A stretch of DNA of 64,000 bases from an uncultured Bdellovibrionales bacterium (lineage in GTDB: Bacteria; Bdellovibrionota_C; UBA2361; SZUA-149; CAZDWZ01): NCBI GenBank assembly GCA_964509425.1, contig CAZDWZ010000005.1, positions 277,859 to 341,858 of the forward strand. Reading direction: 5' to 3'. The notes beneath the pieces are model-generated. The model worked only from the letters and a program-made list of their open reading frames with translations, was not told where the DNA came from and did not search any database. Position numbers and translations under genes: made by a program. Shown here in pieces: positions 26,077 to 34,657 of the stretch (positions within the stretch are counted from its first letter, which is position 1; each line of letters begins with the position of its first letter).

Positions 26077-26225
26077 TTTGGCCCACGGGGCCAAAAAATA
26101 GGGCAGAGCTGAAATCACAAATCGACTGTCCATACCGGCTTTGAAACTATACCAAATTACTAAACTCAGGTAGCTTTCGGTCCCGGTATTTCAGTGTTGG
26201 AAATCGCACATTAGCGGCACTCATC

Positions 26226-28049
26226 GTGACTCACGGCGTTCCCCAAATACACTCTCCCGAAGGGCTTTGTCCGGGCTGCTTTTCGGAACCCCACAGCGGG
26301 TCCGCGGACGGGACCGCGGATGGCACCTCTGTCGCTTCCGCGTGTGGAATTTGCGGGTTTGACGGGATCACGGCGGAACGGAACCCTTTAGAGCTGCTGC
26401 CCGGAACCCTGCTCAAGGACCAATACCTGGTCGGCCGGGCGCTCGGACACGGGGGCTTCGGCATCACCTACCTTGGTTGGGACACGAATCTCAAACTGAA
26501 GGTGGCACTGAAAGAATATTTCCCGTCTCAATGGGCGTCTCGGCAAGCGGGAAGCTCAGGGGTGAGCGTTCACAGTCAGGAAGCTGCCCAGCACTTTAAG
26601 GACGGTCTCGAGAAGTTTCTCGATGAGGGTCGGACGCTCGCCCGCTTTCACCAGGTTCCGGGAATTGTCTCTGTTCTCAACTTCTTCCGGGAGAATCATA
26701 CCGGCTACCTCGTCATGAGTTTCGTCGAGGGAATTACGTTGAAGCAGTACCTCGAAAAGCAAGGTGGAAAAATCTCGGCGGAGGCCGCCGTTCGGGTTTT
26801 ACTGCCGGTCATGGACGCTTTGGCGCAAGTGCATGAAGCGGGAGTCCTTCATCGCGACATCAGTCCGGATAATATCTACATCACGCACAGCGGACAGGTG
26901 AAGCTGCTCGATTTCGGCGCGGCCCGGATGGCGCTCGGCGAAGAGCAAAAAAGCCTGTCTGTGATCTACAAGCCTGGATTTGCTCCGCCCGAGCAATACA
27001 TGTCGCAGGGGAAGCAAGGCCGGTGGACCGATGTGTATGCGCTCGCAGCAACATTATACCAAGCGATAACGGGAATCACGCCGTCGCAATCCGTAGAGCG
27101 CTTCTATCGAGACGAGTTGAAATCACCGAGCAGCCTCGGAGAGAAGATATCCCCGGCAGTGGAAGCTGCGCTCTTAAAAGCTCTCGCCGTCGATTTTCAG
27201 CATCGTTTTCAATCTATGCGTGAATTCCAGAATGCGCTGATGGAAGACGGCGTGCCGGTCGAAATTCCTGGATTCGAATCACGAGAAGACCGTGAAGAAG
27301 ATGAGAAGGTAAAGCCTCGGAGGCAGAAGAGGAAACCGGAAAACGGCGGTGAGAAACAAAGCTTCCCTTGGCGACGTGCCGGTGCGGGAGCGGCGATTCT
27401 TGTTGTTCTTGCGGTCGTAGGCTACTTCGCAAAAGGCGCGTTTTACTCCGAAGCGATGGTCGAAGAGCGTCTCCGCGGACGGTGGGAACAGGCGCGCACG
27501 ATGGACGGCCTCGCGATTGGCGCCAAATGGCAGCTTGAGCGAAACGGTGCTTACACCTGCGATTTCACCTACAAAGATTCGGGCGTCTTCGAGATTCGCG
27601 GCGGATCAAGCTGGAGCATGCTGTCGTCGAAAAATCCTCCGAGAGGCGGAACGTTTGCCTTCGAAGACGGGAACACGATTCTTCTTGGCATGTTCCCACT
27701 TTCAACCGCACCGATCGTTCCGTTCAAACGCCGGAGCTTGCTTCCGGCCGCGTCTCGCGCGGCTCGATATTCGGTCATCGGAATCTGGGAGCAGGAGTTC
27801 AAGGATTTCGGTGCCGAGGGAAAGCGAGTGCTCACGATTCGCGATAACGGGAATTACGAGCTTATCATCGTCGCGCACGGTGCGGGACAAATTCAAGCGA
27901 GAGATGGAATCTGGAAACTTCGCTCGAGTATCGATGAAGTCGAAGAATACGGGACGTACATCTTTCAGGATTCGAATCCCGATCGACCGAATCATGTGGT
28001 TTTGAACGGCCGAACCGGCATGACGATGCAGTGGGACAGAATTTTTTAA
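26226..28049 (+). CDS. Receptor-type Hanks Ser/Thr protein kinase (N-terminal Cys-rich zinc-ribbon-like motif, kinase domain, one TM helix, extracytoplasmic domain).
   Basis: GTG start. CPGC...CGIC; glycine loop LGHGGFGITY; VALK; HRDISPDNI; DFGAAR; APE. TM helix AGAAILVVLAVVGYF, then a ~200-aa C-terminal domain of unknown fold. Confidence 0.85.
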   Translation: MTHGVPQIHSPEGLCPGCFSEPHSGSADGTADGTSVASACGICGFDGITAERNPLELLPGTLLKDQYLVGRALGHGGFGITYLGWDTNLKLKVALKEYFPSQWASRQAGSSGVSVHSQEAAQHFKDGLEKFLDEGRTLARFHQVPGIVSVLNFFRENHTGYLVMSFVEGITLKQYLEKQGGKISAEAAVRVLLPVMDALAQVHEAGVLHRDISPDNIYITHSGQVKLLDFGAARMALGEEQKSLSVIYKPGFAPPEQYMSQGKQGRWTDVYALAATLYQAITGITPSQSVERFYRDELKSPSSLGEKISPAVEAALLKALAVDFQHRFQSMREFQNALMEDGVPVEIPGFESREDREEDEKVKPRRQKRKPENGGEKQSFPWRRAGAGAAILVVLAVVGYFAKGAFYSEAMVEERLRGRWEQARTMDGLAIGAKWQLERNGAYTCDFTYKDSGVFEIRGGSSWSMLSSKNPPRGGTFAFEDGNTILLGMFPLSTAPIVPFKRRSLLPAASRAARYSVIGIWEQEFKDFGAEGKRVLTIRDNGNYELIIVAHGAGQIQARDGIWKLRSSIDEVEEYGTYIFQDSNPDRPNHVVLNGRTGMTMQWDRIF

Positions 28050-28060
28050 CGCGAGGTCGA

Positions 28061-28852
28061 ATGAATTCAGAAAAAAGCTTACGGATTGCTCTCTGGGAGC
28101 TGCCTGATCGCCGGATGATCATGGGCATCTCGGTGTTGCTCGGGCTTTTGTTCATTGCAGTTTTTACGATTTTGCTCGAACCGACCGGCCGCCCCGCCAT
28201 TCTCCTCTTCGACCGGATGTCGCCGCATTTTCCGTATCCGTTTACGATTCAGAATTTTGAGCACATTATTTTCTTCATCGGGCTTGGCGAGCTTTATCTC
28301 CGTTGGCGAATCGCCGTTCGTGAGATGAAGTTTGCGGAAATGCATCTCCTTCCTGAAGACGATGAAACGGTGCTCCAGCAAAGCGATTTAGGCCCGATTC
28401 GGCGGCAAGTGGCGAAGCTCTTTAATCATGAACACGGTTTTCTGCCGTCACTTATTGATTTGAGCATTCTCCAATTTCAATCGGGACGTTCCGTTGATCA
28501 AGCGGTGGCGGTCATGACCAGTAATCTTGAGCTTATCCAGCATCGAGTGGACCTTCGGTATGGACTTGTTCGATACATCGCCTGGTTCGTTCCAACGCTC
28601 GGATTTATCGGGACGGTTATTGGACTCGGCGCCTCGCTGGCCTCGGTGCCAAGGGAGGGAAACATCGTGATGTATGAACTCGCGCAGCAGCTTGCCGTGG
28701 GGTTCGATTGCACGATGGTCGCTCTCGTCTGGAGTGCGATTCTCGTTTTCTTTCTTCACCTCGTTCAAGAAAAGGAAGAAATGAGCGTAAACTTCGCCGG
28801 AACATACACGCTTCGAAATCTGATTAACCGGCTTTACGCTGGAAACGTTTAA
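28061..28852 (+). CDS. MotA/TolQ/ExbB-family proton-channel protein.
   Basis: ATG at 28061 after GAGG. Three or four TM helices. The C-terminal segment YIAWFVPTLGFIGTVIGLGASL...DCTMVALVWSAILVFFLHLVQ matches the conserved TM2-TM3 channel core (P.LGL.GTV.G) of the ExbB/TolQ/MotA family. Confidence 0.75.
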   Translation: MNSEKSLRIALWELPDRRMIMGISVLLGLLFIAVFTILLEPTGRPAILLFDRMSPHFPYPFTIQNFEHIIFFIGLGELYLRWRIAVREMKFAEMHLLPEDDETVLQQSDLGPIRRQVAKLFNHEHGFLPSLIDLSILQFQSGRSVDQAVAVMTSNLELIQHRVDLRYGLVRYIAWFVPTLGFIGTVIGLGASLASVPREGNIVMYELAQQLAVGFDCTMVALVWSAILVFFLHLVQEKEEMSVNFAGTYTLRNLINRLYAGNV

Positions 28853-28911
28853 TTGGGGGGAGAAGGCTCTCCACCTGATCCATAGCTCGGGAGTACGTCT
28901 AGAGAAATTTC

Positions 28912-30657
28912 ATGCGAACGAAGAATCGAGAGATTAACATCTTCAATATGTCGCTTCTCGACATCCTTACGGGTGCCTTGGGAGCGTTCATGTTCATGAT
29001 GCTTTCGTTCGTGCCGTACTACAACATCGTGATGCAGCAGCAGCTTCAGGAAGATCCAAACAAGGAGAAGATCGAGAAATCCGAGCTTGATGATCTCAAG
29101 AAGCAGAAGAAAAAAGTGGAAGAGCTTCAGCAAGAGATCCAGCAGCTGGAGAAGGAAAAGAAAGAACTTCAAGAAAAGATCGACGAGCTCATCGAGAAAC
29201 TGAAGAACTGCGGGAAAGGGGATGTCAGCGCCGAGGAGCTCGCGAAGCTCGAGGAAGAGCTGAACCTACTTCGAAAAGAAAACGAGGAGCTGAAGGCGAA
29301 GATTAAAGCGCTTCTTGCCGAAATTGATTCTCTCGAGGCGACCATCGAAGACTTGAAGAGCAAGAACATTCTCCTCACTATCGAGCTTGACAAGCTCCGA
29401 AAGGAAATCGAGGCGCTGAAGAAGGAAATTCAGCTACTAAAGGATCGGCTTTCTAAAATTCGCGAAGGGAACCCACAGGCAGAAGCGCTCCTCCTGAAAG
29501 CGAATGCCGAAATCTCCGCACTGAAACGCACCGTCCGGATCGCCGTAATCGTCGATCATGAGGCGGACTTCGAGCTCGCGATTTTGGATCCCAAGAAAGT
29601 TTGGTTCAATCAGGATTCTACATTCCCTCTCGGGAGAAAGAGCATGCGCGTGCGGGGCCGTCGCTCACGCGGGTTCGAGCTCGAAACGATTGTGAGAGGA
29701 CACCTTCAGCAAGGACCGAAGAATATGCTGCTGCTCACGGCCGATGCCTTTTTGATGCAGGGCACATACTACCTCGGCATTATCGGACGAGGGCGACCGC
29801 CGGAAGAATCGGTCGGGCCTGATGGCACTGTTAAGCCGGATGCGACGCCCAAGAAGGTCTCTCCCTTCCAAGGTCTGTTCGATGACTTTGGATCGCCGGC
29901 ACCCGGGCCTCGTCCCACTGCCCCCGGGCCGCTGTCTCTGAACTCGAATCGGATCTTCTCCATCTTCAATCGAGCTCCATGGCTCCCAGAAAACGCATAC
30001 GCTCAATCGTCTGTTCCGCTCGAAGACAGAGTTGGAGGAGGACCGGGTGAGCCAAAACCGTACCCCGCGCATTACCCCAAAGCGAAGATCAGGGGGTTTG
30101 CCATGGTGAATCACGGTCTTGATATCTTCCAGGCCTCGGAGATGCCCACGCAGGAGGTTCCAATCTATTGGTGGATGTCGATTATCGGCGTGATTCGGGT
30201 GCCTCCCGCGGATACGTTCGAGTTCCGCTGGTATCCTCCGCGGCGAGGCGCTACACCTGATGAGGTCGACGAGAACTCTTGGGGCATGGAAGTCGGCCGG
30301 ATCCAGCTCGAAGGAAAGCTTAATAAGGATCCGTATTTCCCTTTGAAGTCGGTGGCGAACTGTCCTCGAAATAGCCCCTGTATGGTTGACGCAGACGATC
30401 CGCGCGGCAGTCTTGAGAAGCGGGACGTTATTCCACAGTTCGAGCTGGACGATTCGCCGTCTCAGACAGCCGGACCGGCGCGGGATCCGGTCCCAATAGA
30501 GAGTCTGCAGGCGATGCGGGATGCGGCGAGAAAAGCTTCGCCGACTGCCACCCCGGCGGATTCACGACAGACCTATCGGATCGAGCCACTGCAGAATGCG
30601 GCGGGATCGAAGAGTTCCGGGGGCGCGGCTGATGCGCCAACTCGGAAAAACCCATAG
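28912..30657 (+). CDS. ExbD/TolR-like single-pass membrane protein with a ~170-aa coiled coil and a ~350-aa C-terminal domain of unknown function.
   Basis: N-terminus EINIFNMSLLDILTGALGAFMFMMLSF resembles the ExbD/TolR TM helix with its conserved Asp (INxTPLxDVxLVLLIFF). Residues ~45-215 are heptad-repeat E/K/L-rich; the remainder has no recognisable motif. Confidence 0.5.
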   Translation: MRTKNREINIFNMSLLDILTGALGAFMFMMLSFVPYYNIVMQQQLQEDPNKEKIEKSELDDLKKQKKKVEELQQEIQQLEKEKKELQEKIDELIEKLKNCGKGDVSAEELAKLEEELNLLRKENEELKAKIKALLAEIDSLEATIEDLKSKNILLTIELDKLRKEIEALKKEIQLLKDRLSKIREGNPQAEALLLKANAEISALKRTVRIAVIVDHEADFELAILDPKKVWFNQDSTFPLGRKSMRVRGRRSRGFELETIVRGHLQQGPKNMLLLTADAFLMQGTYYLGIIGRGRPPEESVGPDGTVKPDATPKKVSPFQGLFDDFGSPAPGPRPTAPGPLSLNSNRIFSIFNRAPWLPENAYAQSSVPLEDRVGGGPGEPKPYPAHYPKAKIRGFAMVNHGLDIFQASEMPTQEVPIYWWMSIIGVIRVPPADTFEFRWYPPRRGATPDEVDENSWGMEVGRIQLEGKLNKDPYFPLKSVANCPRNSPCMVDADDPRGSLEKRDVIPQFELDDSPSQTAGPARDPVPIESLQAMRDAARKASPTATPADSRQTYRIEPLQNAAGSKSSGGAADAPTRKNP

Positions 30658-30677
30658 AGAAAGATGGAGAGACACAT

Positions 30678-31229
30678 ATGGGAATGAAACGTTGCGAGAG
30701 CGGACATTATTACGACACGGGGAAGAATAAGGTTTGCCCCCTTTGTGCCGCCGTTGATCCCATGCCGAAAGGCCACAAGGACGGTCCTCCGATTATTCCA
30801 GCACCGGCAGGAGAGGCCAAGAGTCCGAGCCCCCAAGCCGGAGCTCCAGGCGGCGGAAAAACAGTCGCCGTGATGAAAAAAGAAATGGGAATCGATCCCG
30901 TGGTTGGTTGGCTGGTATGCACGAAAGGCCCAGACCGCGGCGCGGACTATCGAATCAAAGGCGAAAAAAATTTCATCGGCCGTGCTCCATCGATGGATAT
31001 TTGTGTTCAGCACGATGAGACGATCTCGCGCGAGAACCATGCGGGCATCAGCTACAATCCGAAGAAAAAGACGTTCAAGATTCTTCCCGGCGAAGGTCGC
31101 GGACTCGTCTATCTCAATGGCGACGAAGTAGACTCTCCGAAGGATCTTACGAAGGGCGATACGATCGAGATCGGTCAATCCTCTCTTATGTTCGTGCCTC
31201 TGTGCGGTGCCGATTTCGACTGGGAGTAG
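30678..31229 (+). CDS. FHA-domain protein with N-terminal zinc-ribbon.
   Basis: Good SD. C-x-S-G-H...C-P-L-C zinc-ribbon-like motif, then an FHA domain spanning YRIKGEKNFIGR...ISRENHAGISYNPKKKTFKILPGEGRGLVYLNGDEV. Confidence 0.8.
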   Translation: MGMKRCESGHYYDTGKNKVCPLCAAVDPMPKGHKDGPPIIPAPAGEAKSPSPQAGAPGGGKTVAVMKKEMGIDPVVGWLVCTKGPDRGADYRIKGEKNFIGRAPSMDICVQHDETISRENHAGISYNPKKKTFKILPGEGRGLVYLNGDEVDSPKDLTKGDTIEIGQSSLMFVPLCGADFDWE

Positions 31230-31232
31230 AGC

Positions 31233-32354
31233 GTGGCGGTTAAAATTCCTCCGCATATTATTAACGGCGCGAAGAAGGCTTTTCAGCAAGGTCTCACCGT
31301 CGGTAAACGCCTTTCGAAGAAACTGTGGCGCCGGCTGCTGCCGCTTCTTGAACGGCTCGGTTTTGTTATTGTTCAAGGCTCCAAGGACGGCTTTCAGTTT
31401 GCGAGACGAAAATTCTCTGAACGGGAGGCGACTATCTTTCCCACGAACGCCCAGTTTCTCGGAACTCGCGAACGGCAAGAAGATGCGCTCGGATGCTCCG
31501 ATTTTTTCGATCGGCAGTTCGTCGCGCACGGGGGAGTGCTCGCGGTTGTCGCCGACGGGATGGGCGGGATGGCGTATGGCCGTGAGGCGAGTCACGCGGC
31601 TGTGTTATCTTTCCTTGAAGCCTATGCAAAAAAGCGGCGGAATGAATCCGTCGAAGACGCGCTGGTGCGATCGCTTGAGACGGCAAACGATGCCGTAGTC
31701 CGGCGCTCTATGGTGCTTCAGGTACCGGCGCTCATCGGAACGACGTTAGTCGCGGCCGTGTGTTTCGATCGCAAGCTCTCTTGGGTTTCGGTTGGGGATA
31801 GTCGAATCTATCTCCTTCGCGAAGGGAAACTGAGCCAGCTTACCGAAGACCATGTCTATGGCGTCGAGCTCGATCGCCAGGTCGAAGATCAGCTCATTGC
31901 TCCCGAAGAGGCGAGAGATCATCCCGAACGAGAGCATCTCACGAGCTATCTCGGAGAGGGGAGAGTGCATCAGGTCAACCGAAACTTGGAACCTTTTGCA
32001 CTTCTGCAAGGCGATCAAGTTATTCTCTGCACCGACGGAGTGTATCGCAGTCTCACCCCGGAAGAGGTCGAAGTGTTCTCAGAGACGTCGCCACCGGATC
32101 TTGCCGAAGGCCTTATTTCGATAATCCGAGAGAAGAAAATTAGCTCTCAGGATAACGCGACCATCATTTCTCTTGCGTTTGATTCCCGGCGAAAAGTAGG
32201 GAGGGGTCTCAATCTCCGACCGGCGAACTTTCTCCTTCGTCCAGTTTTTCTGTTTTGGCTGACCGCCGGGGGATTGATGTGGCTGATTTGGGAATACTCG
32301 CACCAAACAACGCCACCCATCGGGCGCGAAGTTACGGCGCCGGCTTCAAAGTAA
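31233..32354 (+). CDS. PP2C-family Ser/Thr protein phosphatase with C-terminal transmembrane anchor.
   Basis: GTG start after GGGAG. RERQEDAL, LAVVADGMGGMAYGREAS, VGDSRIYL, DGVYRSL, DNATIISL (PP2C motifs 1-11). TM helix FLLRPVFLFWLTAGGLMWLIW near the C-terminus. Confidence 0.8.
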   Translation: MAVKIPPHIINGAKKAFQQGLTVGKRLSKKLWRRLLPLLERLGFVIVQGSKDGFQFARRKFSEREATIFPTNAQFLGTRERQEDALGCSDFFDRQFVAHGGVLAVVADGMGGMAYGREASHAAVLSFLEAYAKKRRNESVEDALVRSLETANDAVVRRSMVLQVPALIGTTLVAAVCFDRKLSWVSVGDSRIYLLREGKLSQLTEDHVYGVELDRQVEDQLIAPEEARDHPEREHLTSYLGEGRVHQVNRNLEPFALLQGDQVILCTDGVYRSLTPEEVEVFSETSPPDLAEGLISIIREKKISSQDNATIISLAFDSRRKVGRGLNLRPANFLLRPVFLFWLTAGGLMWLIWEYSHQTTPPIGREVTAPASK

Positions 32355-33801
32355 AGTGAAAGCGCGATCCCTTTTCTCGTACGCTCTCCGCATAGATTTC
32401 GCTTCCGTGACCCTCGATGATCTTCTTTACAATAGCGAGGCCGAGCCCCATTGCGCCGGCGGTGATGCCATCCTCAACGATTTGAAAATTCCTATCGAAT
32501 AATCGAGTGAGATTCTCCGCGGAAATTCCTATCCCAGTATCGCTGACACTAATTTCTATTCCACCGGCTGACGGAGCGGCAGTGAGGAGCACGACGCCTC
32601 CTTTCGGTGTGTATCGAAGCGCGTTCTGCGCGAGATTCGTGAGCACGCGCGCGAGCATTAGACGATCCCCGAGAACTTTCGGGAGCGGCGCCTCAGGGAG
32701 CGAGATTCGAAACTCAACCCCCGCGCTTGCTGCCTGCGGCCCGAGCATGAGACTGAGATCGTCGAACAACAGGCCGATGGAGATTGGGGTGAGCTTCGGA
32801 GCGACCTCCTTCGTCTCGAGCTTACTGAGCTCGAGCAGTTCGTCCATGAGTCGCGCGAGGAGTTCTGTGTTCTTCGTGATTCCGTCTTCGAGGGTTTCCC
32901 TGTTTTCGGTAGAAGCTTCTTTCCGCTCTCTCAGAAGCTGAACCAAAAGATTAATGGAGGACACCGGGCCTCGGAGGTCGTGCCACAAGTTTGAAATGAG
33001 CTCACGTCGGAGCTCGTCTTTTTTCTCGAGCTTTGAAATGTTTCCCACGATGGCATCACCCATCTCATTTATCGCAGTGCTCAGCTGGTTCAGCTCGTCG
33101 TCCGCTGCGGTGGCGGGAAGTCGTGCAGTCAAATTTCCTGATTGTATCGCTCGCACCGTCTTTAGAACTTTGGAAAAACGGTGGGTGATGGTCTTAAATA
33201 GCAGTAAACCGATGAAGTTCACTGCAAGCACGGCCGTGATGAAGGAAAGGAGCGTGAAGCGAAATGCCGCATGTTCCTGGAATATCTTATGGAGTCGCCG
33301 ACCGTGTTGGCCTGAAATTATGGCGTAGACATACCCCGGGTCGGTACCGATCTGAGTAGGTGCCACCGAAAAAATTGCTTGATCTTTCTCTCGTGGGTCG
33401 GTGCCGTAAATAAGCTTGCTCCGATCCGTTTCTGCGAGCCGCCGGCGAACCTGCTCCATGTCGACGATATATGGGGCGTGTATGACCGGGTCGATGCTGA
33501 AATCTTGAAGTACTCTCCCGGACGAATCGATAAGGTAAATGTTCAGGCCGGGACTCATCTCTTCGAAATTCTTGGCGAGGACAAAAAGCTTTGCCAGATC
33601 GATTGTACCCTCGAGATACGGCTTCATCCGAAGCGCGATAGTCTCCGCTATGTTTCCTTGACTCGTCTGGGCCGATTCGTGTTGTGCCTTTGTCCAAAAG
33701 TAGGAGAATAGTCCCAGCTGAATGACGCCAAGCAAACACAGCAGCAAGAAATTGCTTGCGACAATCTTCGCGTAGAGACTTCGGAAAGCGGGGAGAGGCA
33801 C
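32332..33801 (-). CDS. Sensor histidine kinase (two TM helices, HAMP, HisKA, HATPase_c).
   Basis: H-box LISNLWHDLRGPV; N, G1 and G2 boxes (LAQNALRYT, SDTGIGI, GLGLAIVK). Confidence 0.85.
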   Translation of the reverse strand: MPLPAFRSLYAKIVASNFLLLCLLGVIQLGLFSYFWTKAQHESAQTSQGNIAETIALRMKPYLEGTIDLAKLFVLAKNFEEMSPGLNIYLIDSSGRVLQDFSIDPVIHAPYIVDMEQVRRRLAETDRSKLIYGTDPREKDQAIFSVAPTQIGTDPGYVYAIISGQHGRRLHKIFQEHAAFRFTLLSFITAVLAVNFIGLLLFKTITHRFSKVLKTVRAIQSGNLTARLPATAADDELNQLSTAINEMGDAIVGNISKLEKKDELRRELISNLWHDLRGPVSSINLLVQLLRERKEASTENRETLEDGITKNTELLARLMDELLELSKLETKEVAPKLTPISIGLLFDDLSLMLGPQAASAGVEFRISLPEAPLPKVLGDRLMLARVLTNLAQNALRYTPKGGVVLLTAAPSAGGIEISVSDTGIGISAENLTRLFDRNFQIVEDGITAGAMGLGLAIVKKIIEGHGSEIYAESVREKGSRFHFTLKPAP

Positions 33802-33812
33802 GAGACCTCGGA

Positions 33813-34538
33813 TTATTTTGCGGATTCCGGACCTGAGTTGAATCGATAACCGACTCCTCTCAGGGTGAGAATCAACTGTGGATTTTCCGGATCAATCTCG
33901 ATCTTCGATCTGAGCCGGCTCATCTGCGTGGTCACGGTGTTGTCGAAAGACGACGCCGAATATCCCCAGACCTGTTCCATGAGCTCCTGGCGGGTAATTA
34001 CTCGTTCGGAATTCAATGCAAGATAGACCAGAAGGTCAAACTCCAATGCGGAGACATTTACCCGTTTTCCAGCTTGCGTTACCTGGCGCTGAAGGAGATC
34101 GATTTTCAGCGGCCCGCTTACAATGATTGACTCTCCACCCGTCGGAAAACTGACTCCGGCCCGTTCGGCGATTCCGGAGCGTCTGATGATCGCGCGAATT
34201 CGAGCCACCACCTCTCGGCTGCTGAACGGTTTAACGAGATAGTCATCGGCACCCGCTTCAAAACCAAGCAGCTTGTCAATCTCATCGGAACGAGACGTCA
34301 GCATGAGCACGGGGACTTGTGGCTTCTCCTCCCTGAGGCGGCGGCAAAGTTCGAGGCCGCCCATGAGCGGAAGCGTCAGATCGAGAACGATCAGAGAAAA
34401 TTCGCCTTTGAGCGCGAGAGCGAGACCGTCTCGGCCGTCCGCCGCTTGAGCAAGCGGATAGCCAAGCTCACGGATCGCCGCTTCCAGTGCTTGGTGCACG
34501 GCAGGGTCGTCGTCGACAATCAGAATAGGCTTTTGCAT
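33813..34538 (-). CDS. OmpR/PhoB-family DNA-binding response regulator.
   Basis: Receiver domain ILIVDDDP...DLTLP..GG....LR; winged-helix C-terminus TLRGVGYRF. Confidence 0.9.
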   Translation of the reverse strand: MQKPILIVDDDPAVHQALEAAIRELGYPLAQAADGRDGLALALKGEFSLIVLDLTLPLMGGLELCRRLREEKPQVPVLMLTSRSDEIDKLLGFEAGADDYLVKPFSSREVVARIRAIIRRSGIAERAGVSFPTGGESIIVSGPLKIDLLQRQVTQAGKRVNVSALEFDLLVYLALNSERVITRQELMEQVWGYSASSFDNTVTTQMSRLRSKIEIDPENPQLILTLRGVGYRFNSGPESAK

Positions 34539-34657
34539 TTTGGGCTTCTTTACCTAACGAGTTTCCTATCGACAATTTCCATGATTTGGCTTGAGTGGAT
34601 TCCAGCGGCAGATGATAACTGGATGAATTCAGCCAAATAGGAAATCCTAGAGAGTCT

